Source: a virus. From it: a stretch of 44,326 bases of DNA. The notes under the pieces were generated by a model, which saw nothing but the letters and a program-made list of their open reading frames with translations, was not told the DNA's origin and did no database searches. The position numbers and the translations under genes were made by a program. The stretch is taken from IMG/VR virus record IMGVR_UViG_3300047160_021165, positions 64,589 through 108,914 of that record. The stretch is one strand, 5' to 3'. Shown piece after piece: positions 35,599 through 44,326 of this stretch (positions are counted from its first letter, which is position 1; the number at the start of each line of letters is the position of its first letter).

Positions 35599-37053
35599 TT
35601 ATCCAAAGGATGGAGTTCCGCCACCCGCTCCTGTTTCTACTTGCATTGATTTCTTTTCGCCTTCAGCAGCATGTTTAGCAGCTGTCGCGTGAGCATGTTT
35701 AGCAGCTATTTCGTGCATAGCGGCTTCACCTTGGGGAGTTAATGCTCTGATCTTTCTGGTTTTTTGATCGTAGGTTATGTGGCCCGTTACAGGGTGTCCT
35801 GCTTGGAGCATCTCTTTGGCCAAGAATTTATAAGCTTTAAGTTCTGGCTCATCCATAGAACCACCTTTACCGGTGAATCCTTCGGGCGGTACATATGTCT
35901 TTTCTTTAGGTGCCACTTGAATATTATGGGAATCTACGCCTGGGTGGACACCTTTGGGGCTTTTATCTTCAGTAAGTTCGTGGCGTTGGGCTAATTTTTC
36001 TCTGAAAGTCTTTTCTTTTTTGGCAGTTTCTTTAGCCATACCTGAGTGTAAAGCGCTTTGATATTCACCACTTGCAGCTTCTGCACGCTTAGCATGGAGG
36101 TCAGCAGCATCTTGATGTTCTTTGGAAGTAAAATCTTTGTGTTCTGGATGGTCAGCGTTTTCATAAATAGGCTTACCGGTTTTGGTATGGCCAATGATCT
36201 TACCACCCCTAGAACCTTCTCCGCTTAGAGCTTTTTCCAGATTTCCTAATTTTTCCAATAATGAGGAAGCTTTAGACATTTCATCCCTCTTAACGAGTTT
36301 TACATGACATCTACAATTGATTATATCTTCTATTTTACCATTAGGATCGCGAGGATATCGTAATCCGTTGCTGAAAGGCTTATAAGCTGGAACTACTTCT
36401 CCGTCTAGGATTTGGTGCGCATGCCTAACCTTTTCATCTTTAGCGGTTACCCACTTCTTCATGGCTCCGGGGATTTGCGCCATGGCTTCCCCAGATCCCA
36501 TTGCATCAGCCCCCAGTAGTTCAGTATCAGCTATGAGATCAGCTCTATTTTCAAGGATTTTTTCCCTAAATAGGTATTCTCTAAGAACTTCCTTGGTTAT
36601 CCCAGGATGGCTTTCTATAGCACTCTGGATCATTTTCAGCGTAGTATCGTTTATATGCTTAAAACTACTATCTATTTTTGCAACAACTTGTTGATCTAAT
36701 AGTGCTGGGGCTTCCTGATCCAAAGTATCTTCGTAGGCACTTTCAGCAGTAGTTCTGAGGGGATGATGCAAGATGTCGAAGTATTCAGTACCGAAAGAAT
36801 TCAGGGCATTAGCTGCATTAATGAGGTTTAACTGACCTTCTGGAGTCAGATGATTAGCTGCAGCGTCTAGTTGACGGGTGAGGAAAGATTCGAGTTCTTG
36901 ACTAAGTTCAGCTCTAGCTAAGGCATCTAAAGCTTTCTTAATTTTGGCTGATTTCTTAGAATGGAGCACTTTGGATGCTCCGGTAGCTCTACCTTGAAAA
37001 AGGATGTTATCCCCATCCTGAGGCCATCTAGTTTTATACTTATAGGCTTCCAT
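35599..37053 (-). CDS. Head morphogenesis protein (Mu gpF / SPP1 gp7-like) with C-terminal extension
   Basis: KKWVTAKDEKVRHAH..LDGEVV..GLRYPRDP..IINCRC. Confidence 0.8.
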   Translation of the reverse strand: MEAYKYKTRWPQDGDNILFQGRATGASKVLHSKKSAKIKKALDALARAELSQELESFLTRQLDAAANHLTPEGQLNLINAANALNSFGTEYFDILHHPLRTTAESAYEDTLDQEAPALLDQQVVAKIDSSFKHINDTTLKMIQSAIESHPGITKEVLREYLFREKILENRADLIADTELLGADAMGSGEAMAQIPGAMKKWVTAKDEKVRHAHQILDGEVVPAYKPFSNGLRYPRDPNGKIEDIINCRCHVKLVKRDEMSKASSLLEKLGNLEKALSGEGSRGGKIIGHTKTGKPIYENADHPEHKDFTSKEHQDAADLHAKRAEAASGEYQSALHSGMAKETAKKEKTFREKLAQRHELTEDKSPKGVHPGVDSHNIQVAPKEKTYVPPEGFTGKGGSMDEPELKAYKFLAKEMLQAGHPVTGHITYDQKTRKIRALTPQGEAAMHEIAAKHAHATAAKHAAEGEKKSMQVETGAGGGTPSFG

Positions 37054-37071
37054 GGGGATAACCCTTAACTA

Positions 37072-39030
37072 TTAGTACATCCAGTCTTTTTTCAGGTCTT
37101 TTTTCTTTTTAGCTTTGGCTTCTTTTTCAGCCTTTTCTTCTTCCATTTTCTTAGCTTTTTCAAGCTCATGGGCGAAGAGTCCTTCCATTTCAGTGTCATC
37201 GAAGGATTTGACCATTTTTATTTCATGTTTTTTAGCTGGTTTCTTGGCTTCTTCTTTTTTATGTTCAACAGCTAAATCATCCATATCCATGCCTTTTTCG
37301 ATCATTTCACTAACAGACATAGATTTATGGAGTTTCTTAGCGTGGCCCATTTTGTGGCCTTCATGAGCTGCAGCATTGAACTTTTTAGCACCGTATTTTT
37401 TACGGCCGATAGCAGCAGCTACTGCAGCTGGATCTTTAACATCTCCACGAGCAGCTAGTTTGCCTTCTAGTTTTTTGAAGCCCATATAAGCTTTTTCAAC
37501 GCTTTCGAAATGTTGCATTTCATCATCAGGTTTAATCACTTTGGCAGCTTCTTTAAGAGCTTCAACATCTTTAGATTCGTCCATCCATTCAGGCAGCTTG
37601 GATTGTTCTTTAGCTTCTTCCGGACCGAATTTGGTTTCGTCTGATTCTTCTTGGCCTGGATTACCAGCTACAACTTCTTTTGATTTTCTAAGAGCTTTAT
37701 CAGCTACATCATACAAGAAAGTAGATTTAGCTAAAGATTCGGCTCTGAGGCTTTCTTCAGAGGCAATATAGCTATCTACTGAATAATGCAGAGATTTAGC
37801 CAACAATGGATTCTTTTTAGGGGCATAAACCACTGATTCTTCGTGGTAAATAGACTTTTTCATGTCGCCAAGTTTGCTCATGGTTTCTGGAACTTCACGA
37901 GTCATTTCATCGGCTTCTTCTTTAGCTTCACCGCTAAGTGGCTTTTCTTCTTTTTCTTTTTTGACTTTCTTAGCAGCAGCATCACGGTAAGCTGGAACTT
38001 CTACTGAATCTGGATCATGGACTGCGCCTTCCATGTCTTTTTTCATTTGTTCTGGAACATCAGATTGTTCACCTTCGGAGATGTTTTCACCGACTGTGCC
38101 ATCATCATATTTATATCGTTCAGATTTAGCCAAGGCTTCCCAAACTTTAGCTACTGCAGTCTCAGAAGCGCCCAGAGATTTAGCAAAAGCAGGAACGCAT
38201 TCTTCTTTTTTCATTCCTTTTTCTTGCATTCTTTTAACGATTTTATGGATACTTTTCTTAACAGCTTCTTTTTCTTCTTCTTTTTCCAATTTCTCACCTT
38301 TTGGAGGAAGTTTGCATTCTGCAGTATGTTCGTGATCTTCTGAACAATACATTTCCATATCCTTTTTAAGTTTGGCATTAGTTATAGCATAAGCTGATTC
38401 TTTAGGATAACCTTCTCTTTTAAGAGCATGAACCATTTCTTCGTGTTTCTCAGGATTAACACCTTTTGGAACACCTTGTTTTTTCATGAAGTTATCGCCG
38501 TCTACGCCATAAGAAGAATCCCCATCAGCGCTTTTTTCTACGTCTGATTGAAGCTTTTCCATTTTGCCTTCAGCTGCTTTAATGTCTTTTAATTCTTTGT
38601 CTTCGGCTTTTTCATGAGCTTCTTGTTTGGCACTCATTTCTTCAGCTTTAATGATTTGACCTTCCCAACCTTCGATAGGAGCTCCACCTTGATTGCGATG
38701 AGACATTTGTTTGCGTTTTTCAGCTTCGTCCATCACTTTTTCGTCTTGAGTATCGAACTTAGGTTTGTCAGTATTTTCTTCCATACGGCCAGCTTCGGAA
38801 CTCTGGGAAGCCGGTTCAGTACTTAGTTCTTTCTTTTGTTTCTTCATTTCTTCAAGTACTGATTTTAATAGTTCTTTTTGTTCTGCGTTGAGGGTAGGAG
38901 CTACTTTGCGTAAATCAGAAGAGCCCATCTTAGCTATTTGGGCTTTGAGAAGCATCATGGTTTCGTCTTTAAGCGTCATTGATTTCTCCATGTTTTCAGC
39001 TAAAGCTTCAATTTCTTTAGTAATATCCAT
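37072..39030 (-). CDS. Large K/E-rich internal head protein
   Basis: 652 aa, low complexity, many hydrophobic-x-K-[SA] motifs, late promoter. Confidence 0.55.
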   Translation of the reverse strand: MDITKEIEALAENMEKSMTLKDETMMLLKAQIAKMGSSDLRKVAPTLNAEQKELLKSVLEEMKKQKKELSTEPASQSSEAGRMEENTDKPKFDTQDEKVMDEAEKRKQMSHRNQGGAPIEGWEGQIIKAEEMSAKQEAHEKAEDKELKDIKAAEGKMEKLQSDVEKSADGDSSYGVDGDNFMKKQGVPKGVNPEKHEEMVHALKREGYPKESAYAITNAKLKKDMEMYCSEDHEHTAECKLPPKGEKLEKEEEKEAVKKSIHKIVKRMQEKGMKKEECVPAFAKSLGASETAVAKVWEALAKSERYKYDDGTVGENISEGEQSDVPEQMKKDMEGAVHDPDSVEVPAYRDAAAKKVKKEKEEKPLSGEAKEEADEMTREVPETMSKLGDMKKSIYHEESVVYAPKKNPLLAKSLHYSVDSYIASEESLRAESLAKSTFLYDVADKALRKSKEVVAGNPGQEESDETKFGPEEAKEQSKLPEWMDESKDVEALKEAAKVIKPDDEMQHFESVEKAYMGFKKLEGKLAARGDVKDPAAVAAAIGRKKYGAKKFNAAAHEGHKMGHAKKLHKSMSVSEMIEKGMDMDDLAVEHKKEEAKKPAKKHEIKMVKSFDDTEMEGLFAHELEKAKKMEEEKAEKEAKAKKKKDLKKDWMY

Positions 39031-39071
39031 TATTTAATAATCCCAAGAATAATTCAATAAGATATAAGGCA

Positions 39072-39080
39072 ATTATATCA
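39072..39080 (-). promoter_or_regulatory. Late-type extended -10 promoter (TGaTATAAT)
   Basis: Perfect extended -10. Confidence 0.65.
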
Positions 39081-39149
39081 CGGAAATCGGTAAATCCCGA
39101 ATCCGCTTAGATATGTAGCCTAGATCGACACTTCCCAAGAATATGTCGA

Positions 39150-39710
39150 TTATTTTGGATTTTGTAAAGCTTTCAGCAAATCCATGTATTTGTTTTCGGA
39201 TTTGCCTAGGTGAATATGCAGATCGCCTTTTAAATTGGCTAGGGTATGGACTATAAGGGGATCAGCCATGACTTCGGCTAAAGCGGTATTGACTTGCTCT
39301 TCAGTGGCCGGTACCACTTCAACTGGAGCTTGGGGTAAATAGCCTTTAGTTTTAAGGGCTTGGACTATAGCTTCTGGGGTAAGCTTAAGGAGTTGAACCA
39401 GGATTTCTCCATGATTGCCGGCCATTGGATCATCCTTGACTACAAAACCAGTAAAGAATCCATCGTCATCTTTTTGAAGCTTAAGGACTAAATGATTAGG
39501 TAGAGTCAGATCTCTAGGAGCATCTCCGGGATGGAAGAAGTCCATAAGATCGCGAATCTTGGCTAGATATTCATTGTTACCGGCTGCTAGCTCATCTTGA
39601 GACTGTTCGGCTGTGTTGAGGTCTATGCCAGCGTTATCATTGCTCACTATACCTTTTTTAAGCTCGACAGTTTCTAAGGCTTTGCTTAAATCTAAAAGTT
39701 TAGTAAACAT
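39150..39710 (-). CDS. Hypothetical virion-associated protein
   Basis: In the structural operon; LSKA, LGKS and LLKA motifs. Confidence 0.55.
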   Translation of the reverse strand: MFTKLLDLSKALETVELKKGIVSNDNAGIDLNTAEQSQDELAAGNNEYLAKIRDLMDFFHPGDAPRDLTLPNHLVLKLQKDDDGFFTGFVVKDDPMAGNHGEILVQLLKLTPEAIVQALKTKGYLPQAPVEVVPATEEQVNTALAEVMADPLIVHTLANLKGDLHIHLGKSENKYMDLLKALQNPK

Positions 39711-39726
39711 GTAACCCTCTAATATC

Positions 39727-40578
39727 CTAGATGATATTTATTGATTGCCCCTTGTAGAACTTCCTAAGGATTTCTACAATAGAGTTTGGTTTATCGTTTT
39801 GGTTATCACCGAAGAGTAAGCGCTTGTAATCTTTAACTTTAGCGGAGTAACCGTGGTTTTCAGCAGAGGCTGTGGTTTGGATGCTTTGGCTTAAACCATC
39901 CAAAGAAATACTAGTACCAGCAATACCTGCACCGATAATCAAGTCCCCAGCGATGTTCATATAGAAGATAGAAGCTAACATACCGATGGCAGCGTTCAAA
40001 AGGGCTGGGATTTGGCCTTCTTTGAACCCGTGGATATATCTGGCTACCCATAGATCTGGGACGGTGGAATAGCGTCTAAAGAGCTCTGGGAAGAAAGCTC
40101 CAGAAGCATCTACTTGAAGTCGGCCTGGGAACCTGTTGTTTGGTACCAGACGTATAATTCCTGTTTCCGGTTCCAAACGTATCCATTCTTGGGGAATATC
40201 CAGAACAGTTTCCAGGGTATTTTGATCCCGAAGGTATACAACGGACAAGTCCAGGAGTTCGATTACGGGGATACGGTTAAGCTGCATATAGCCCCAGTCC
40301 CAATAGTCCTGAGCGAAATAGTCTTTATGTTCTTCAATGAATGTAGGCTTTACCGTGATGTCCAGATCATGCTCAAGTACAGAAATAGCTTGATCGATGA
40401 ACGTTTGGATGGTTTCATCAGAAATGCTATTTCCGTTCTCATCATAAGCAGTTACACCGAATAGATAAGTAGCCTTCAGCTTATCTACGGTAATAAGGGG
40501 TTCTACACGGTTATAACGATTGTTATTGACGTGACGATTGTTACTGAACTCTATTGGGGGTAAATTAGCCATTAGCAA
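39727..40578 (-). CDS. Head-tail adaptor (neck) protein
   Basis: YLFGV..AISVLEHDLDI..SISLDGLSQSIQTTASAENHGYSA, a Twort-like adaptor motif. Confidence 0.7.
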   Translation of the reverse strand: MLMANLPPIEFSNNRHVNNNRYNRVEPLITVDKLKATYLFGVTAYDENGNSISDETIQTFIDQAISVLEHDLDITVKPTFIEEHKDYFAQDYWDWGYMQLNRIPVIELLDLSVVYLRDQNTLETVLDIPQEWIRLEPETGIIRLVPNNRFPGRLQVDASGAFFPELFRRYSTVPDLWVARYIHGFKEGQIPALLNAAIGMLASIFYMNIAGDLIIGAGIAGTSISLDGLSQSIQTTASAENHGYSAKVKDYKRLLFGDNQNDKPNSIVEILRKFYKGQSINII

Positions 40579-40958
40579 ATGTCCGTAATTACTAAGGTTA
40601 ATGCAGCCTGAATGTAACCCTTGTCTATCTGGGTTCCATCCCCTAAAAGATCCAATGTTAATACTACGTTACCGCTAGCTAATAAAGCAGTAGTAGCGGA
40701 AGTCAATGTCGTAGTCCAAATAGACCTATCGTCAGCCATATAGGTCATGGATTGGGTAGTTTGTGTTCCGTCTAGATTTTGGAAAGTGACAGTTAATAGA
40801 GCAGTGCTTGGAGGAATATATCTAAGCAAATCAGCACGTTGTGATTGTTTTAATCGGATAGCGAATACGGTTTGGGATCCTGGAATGAAGGATAAAGTCC
40901 CGATAGGACTGAAGTCATTGATAGTAACCGTGGAACTGATTACATCGGCGGTAAACAT
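40572..40958 (-). CDS. Hypothetical beta-rich structural protein
   Basis: 128 aa, Thr-rich, in the virion operon. Confidence 0.55.
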   Translation of the reverse strand: MFTADVISSTVTINDFSPIGTLSFIPGSQTVFAIRLKQSQRADLLRYIPPSTALLTVTFQNLDGTQTTQSMTYMADDRSIWTTTLTSATTALLASGNVVLTLDLLGDGTQIDKGYIQAALTLVITDIC

Positions 40959-40959
40959 C

Positions 40960-41301
40960 TTATCTTCTCCAAAACGCCGTCAGTATGGCGTAAATAGCTG
41001 AAATAGCTGGAAGGGCTAGGGCAGCCCATCTTGCCCATTTACCCAGAACTTTGACTTCAGCTACGTGATCTTCGGCTTCAGTTACTTTAAGTTCTAAGGC
41101 CTTTTGGGCTTCTTCTAACATTAGGGAACGTCTATGATGCTCTTCTACTGTTATCGTGTTTCTAAGAAGAGTTTCGTTATGTTTCTCTAACAAATCCGCA
41201 TGCTTATCTAACATCTTTTGAGCAGCATCTAGACGTACCAAAATCTCTTTTTGGTCAACAGATAGCTCGGTAAGTCTGTCTATAATGGGATCCATCTCCA
41301 C
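40960..41301 (-). CDS. Coiled-coil protein with C-terminal TM (holin/XhlA-like candidate)
   Basis: Heptad repeats followed by WAALALPAISAIYAILTAFW. Confidence 0.45.
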   Translation of the reverse strand: MEMDPIIDRLTELSVDQKEILVRLDAAQKMLDKHADLLEKHNETLLRNTITVEEHHRRSLMLEEAQKALELKVTEAEDHVAEVKVLGKWARWAALALPAISAIYAILTAFWRR

Positions 41302-41329
41302 CGCCTATAAAGAGGTCATTCATTATAGA

Positions 41330-41338
41330 ATTTTACCA
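41330..41338 (-). promoter_or_regulatory. Late-type extended -10 promoter (TGgTAAAAT)
   Basis: Intergenic, upstream of 41301. Confidence 0.5.
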
Positions 41339-41346
41339 TACCCCTG

Positions 41347-41745
41347 TTAGGCTTCAGGATTTAAAATAGTCAAAACAAGAGCTTTCATTTGCTCCTGAGG
41401 AATTCGGATATCCTGCAGATATGATAGAGGAAGTTCTGGTAAAGTAACTTCTAAAGAGGCTAGCTCTTCATACTCTTTCATGAAGCTATCGGTATCTTCC
41501 AGTAGATATTGGGAGCCGTCCTCGTTGAGAACTGGATTCCCAGATTCATCCTTTTTTCCATATTTTTCGATTAATCCTTTACGGATACCATCGTATTTAT
41601 CAATATGTTTTTTAGACTCATCTATTACGGTGGTCAATAAATAGGAAGCAGATGCCTTAAGCACCCGAGATTGGTCAGCAATTGTAGATAGAGCCATTTG
41701 GTAATTATGGCCAAGAAAACCTAATTTTACGGAAACTTCTTTCAT
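41347..41745 (-). CDS. Hypothetical protein (DUF1617-like)
   Basis: RKGLIEKYGKKDESGN..FMKEYEELASLEV. Confidence 0.6.
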   Translation of the reverse strand: MKEVSVKLGFLGHNYQMALSTIADQSRVLKASASYLLTTVIDESKKHIDKYDGIRKGLIEKYGKKDESGNPVLNEDGSQYLLEDTDSFMKEYEELASLEVTLPELPLSYLQDIRIPQEQMKALVLTILNPEA

Positions 41746-41774
41746 TTTGCCCTCTTATGAAAAGTTACCCAACT

Positions 41775-41783
41775 AGTATAACA
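41775..41783 (-). promoter_or_regulatory. Late-type extended -10 promoter (TGtTATACT)
   Basis: Intergenic, upstream of 41745. Confidence 0.5.
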
Positions 41784-41792
41784 AACTATTTT

Positions 41793-42278
41793 TTATTTTG
41801 CAACCTCGTACCATTTTCCGGTAGCTTTGAGTTTTTGGTATAGGCCGTATGGGGTTATTGTTTCATCTGGAGCGCCATCTAGATATTCAGTAACCCATTC
41901 CGTGCACATGAAAGTGTTAGTAAATCTAGCGGGATCCGTCTTTGGCATTGGAGTTTTTAGATATTTATGAAGAATGGTACAAATGCCCAGGAACAACAAC
42001 CCAGTAATATCGTAGAAGTCGTTTTCGTAAACATCTAATGTCTTAGTTAATCGTTCTTTATCTTGAGTCAGAGAGCTCATGCAATTGTCAAGTTCATATA
42101 CTACTGTACATTTTTCTCTGAAATAAGATGACCATTCCAGGCCAATCCCCAGTAGGTTGCTTTGAACCACTATTCCTAATTCGGGGAATTCCAGAGCTAC
42201 GTGGCTCACTGGTTCCCCGGTTACTCCAAGGATGGCTACGGAAAGAGGTAAGCTGCTTTTAGTAAAGAGGATTTTCAT
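41793..42278 (-). CDS. Permuted papain-like (NlpC/P60, YiiX-type) hydrolase
   Basis: SHVALEF (His) precedes YD..GL and FMCTEWV (Cys), then ITPYGL. Confidence 0.7.
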   Translation of the reverse strand: MKILFTKSSLPLSVAILGVTGEPVSHVALEFPELGIVVQSNLLGIGLEWSSYFREKCTVVYELDNCMSSLTQDKERLTKTLDVYENDFYDITGLLFLGICTILHKYLKTPMPKTDPARFTNTFMCTEWVTEYLDGAPDETITPYGLYQKLKATGKWYEVAK

Positions 42279-42922
42279 TATTTTACTTCGTCAAAGAAAA
42301 AGTTAATTCCAATGTTTTTGTTAGAAGCTGAAGTATATGTCATGGAAATAACCATTCCCGCATAGACGTCAGCATCGAACTGGGACATTTTCCTGTAATA
42401 ATCTTTAGGTAGATTCATGGCGAAGGAAAACTGATTAAGAAGAGCATTCGCATGCCCAGAATATGTTCCAGCAGCAGTATCATACACTTTGAAATCTACT
42501 GTGTCAAGAGCTTCGCAGCCTATGCACTCTACGCCAAGCATTTTAGCCCAGGTTAAAGTAGCTGTATAGGTTAAAGTATTCGCTCCAGCAGTGACCGCAT
42601 ATTGTACTCCGGTATATCTAGCAAATAGGCTTTTAGTGACCCCATTAACTGATATAGTTTTGGAACCAAAAGGAGGAGATTGCTGAATGGAGGATAAGGA
42701 AGCTGTGGGTAAATTTCCCTTGGATTTATAGTTGGTTTCGAAGTCAGTTTGATTGGCTCCGCCATCCTTAGGTAGGCTACACTCTACATCGAAGTTATCT
42801 TGATAGGCCCTTAAATAGTAAACAGTTCCTAGGTCTACCCATTGCAGGGATAAACTATAGGTTGTTATGAACGTCTTTAAGGTAGCCCAATCTATGCTTA
42901 TGCTGCTCATGCTTCCACCCAT
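42278..42922 (-). CDS. Hypothetical virion protein
   Basis: Beta-rich, NQTDFETNYK motif, in the structural operon. Confidence 0.55.
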   Translation of the reverse strand: MGGSMSSISIDWATLKTFITTYSLSLQWVDLGTVYYLRAYQDNFDVECSLPKDGGANQTDFETNYKSKGNLPTASLSSIQQSPPFGSKTISVNGVTKSLFARYTGVQYAVTAGANTLTYTATLTWAKMLGVECIGCEALDTVDFKVYDTAAGTYSGHANALLNQFSFAMNLPKDYYRKMSQFDADVYAGMVISMTYTSASNKNIGINFFFDEVK

Positions 42923-43647
42923 TGTAAGTAAAAGTAGGTGTTTACGGACGATAGAAGCCCTATGTTTCCAACAGTAACCGTCATCAACATTGTATTGCCT
43001 GGAGCCAGAATAGCCGTTTGGGCGAAATTGAACAAGGAAGCATCGGCTCCAGCATTGGTTACTACAGTCAGCCTTTTAGTTCCGTTGGCAGAAATAGTTG
43101 GACCTCCATACAAGTTCATGGAACTGAGTGGTGCTGAAGCGGAAACCAAGTTATTTACCGGAGTTACGGCTGTACCATTGGCACTAACCGTAGGATTTGT
43201 ATAAATATTGACTGTAACTATGCCCTGGGTAGAGTTTGGGGCAGCGTAGAAGTACATAGCCCTAGCATTTATTCCGGAGTTGGATGGATTAGCTAGCAAA
43301 ATGACTGGAGTTTCGGTGGTGTTGTTTAATGAAGCATTTCCAGTAGTTGAGAATCCCATGCCTGCTAAAGTAAAGGTTACTGGATCGCTGGAATTTTGTG
43401 GAGCCCCAGAAGCCAACCAAGTAGACAAATACTTAGTTATAGCTGCACCGGTATATTGGTTCATGCCATCAGAAAGAATAATGCGTAAGCCATTTGCATC
43501 ACTGATGAAGTTAGGATCCAAAGCTAGATAAGGAAGTAATCCGTAAGGAACAGTTGTAGTAGACCCTGAACTTACACTAACTTGGCTATTCACGTATGAA
43601 AGCGCCGATGTTGTTTGATTTATTATGGATACTGTGTTGTTGCTCAT
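42907..43647 (-). CDS. Hypothetical beta-rich virion/fiber protein
   Basis: S/T/N-rich, repeated PTVSANGT / PTISANGT. Confidence 0.55.
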   Translation of the reverse strand: MSNNTVSIINQTTSALSYVNSQVSVSSGSTTTVPYGLLPYLALDPNFISDANGLRIILSDGMNQYTGAAITKYLSTWLASGAPQNSSDPVTFTLAGMGFSTTGNASLNNTTETPVILLANPSNSGINARAMYFYAAPNSTQGIVTVNIYTNPTVSANGTAVTPVNNLVSASAPLSSMNLYGGPTISANGTKRLTVVTNAGADASLFNFAQTAILAPGNTMLMTVTVGNIGLLSSVNTYFYLQWVEA

Positions 43648-43655
43648 AATATTGC

Positions 43656-44326
43656 CTAATCGTATATTACCGTGAAATCAGCACTAATTGAGTTAACCAC
43701 CATCGTAAGCCCAGTACTAAAGTCTAAATCATAAGGAAATTGACCTATTCCTGACGCGAGAGAAAGAACAGCCAAAATGTTACCAGAGTTAGTCGTGTTA
43801 TCGTAGAAGGTTACAGTAGCTCCAGATGTTCCGGCTGTGTTTATCATGATCTTTTGGAGAGTCCCCGGGCCTATCTTGATGGTAGTAGCTGCGTTTGGAA
43901 TCGTGAAACCGCTGGATAAAGAGGAAGCAGTCAGCTTAAAGGTAGCAATTTGCGCCAGATAGCTGTCTGAGTTACTGTTAGTCCCGGTTGCAGCATATGC
44001 CCCAGTAGCCATTGTATACTGTTCTTCTGTAAAAAGAAAGCCTCCACCAGCTGCTGAAGCTGCTTGTGAGTTTGTAGTGTTCCAGTTGGTTCCTGGAGTG
44101 ATAGTTGTGGAGTTAGTGTGAGTATCGACAAAACTACCGATTAGAAGCTCTTGGGCTTGAGCTGTTGTAGTAGTGGCAGTACTGCTCCAAGGACTTCCAG
44201 TAGCGCTGGTACCGCTGTTAGCAGTTTCATCCAATGGGGAAGCAGTAATTACTCCACTATATTCAGAAACTATCATAGTTAATGAAGTGTTAGCACCTAC
44301 AGTTATTCTTACGGAGGTCACCCCGC
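43656..44326 (-). CDS. Beta-rich virion/fiber protein, C-terminal part (start probably outside the window)
   Basis: T/S/A-rich ORF open to the window edge. Confidence 0.55.
   Translation of the reverse strand, partial: GVTSVRITVGANTSLTMIVSEYSGVITASPLDETANSGTSATGSPWSSTATTTTAQAQELLIGSFVDTHTNSTTITPGTNWNTTNSQAASAAGGGFLFTEEQYTMATGAYAATGTNSNSDSYLAQIATFKLTASSLSSGFTIPNAATTIKIGPGTLQKIMINTAGTSGATVTFYDNTTNSGNILAVLSLASGIGQFPYDLDFSTGLTMVVNSISADFTVIYD

Noticed and set aside
39084-39110. Additional sigma28-like site (CTAA-N15-ACCGATTT) before the 652-aa gene
   Set aside because: Weak match in both boxes; a perfect late-type extended -10 beside it explains expression.
1-44326. Stop-codon reassignment (alternative genetic code)
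   Set aside because: Standard-code ORFs are full length and densely packed, and TAA, TAG and TGA all end genes.
1-44326. tRNA, rRNA, integrase or transposase genes
   Set aside because: No cloverleaf/T-loop signatures or recombinase motifs recognised by eye; tRNAscan would be needed to exclude tRNAs formally.

Overview
A 44-kb segment of a large contractile-tailed (myovirus) phage genome with SPO1/Twort (Herelleviridae)-like virion genes. Most virion genes are on the minus strand: baseplate hub, tape measure, two tail chaperones, two tail tube paralogs, sheath, major capsid, scaffold, prohead protease, neck/tail-completion proteins and a Mu gpF-like head protein. These are interleaved with four free-standing homing endonucleases, thyA-dfr, a folate-biopterin (BT1) transporter, a phage-encoded RpoD-like sigma70, and islands of small accessory ORFs. 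The main finding is regulatory. Thirteen sites at gene junctions match the flagellar sigma28 (FliA/SigD) promoter consensus TAAAG-N14/15-NCCGATA and point into accessory or host-takeover genes. Virion genes instead carry extended -10 (TGnTATAAT)-only promoters. thyA and the sigma gene carry sigma70 -35/-10 promoters. This suggests a phage that starts its early programme with the host motility sigma factor and then supplies its own RpoD. A host in which FliA dominates, such as attack-phase Bdellovibrionota, is a hypothesis only. All product calls come from motif recognition by eye; no database searches were run.
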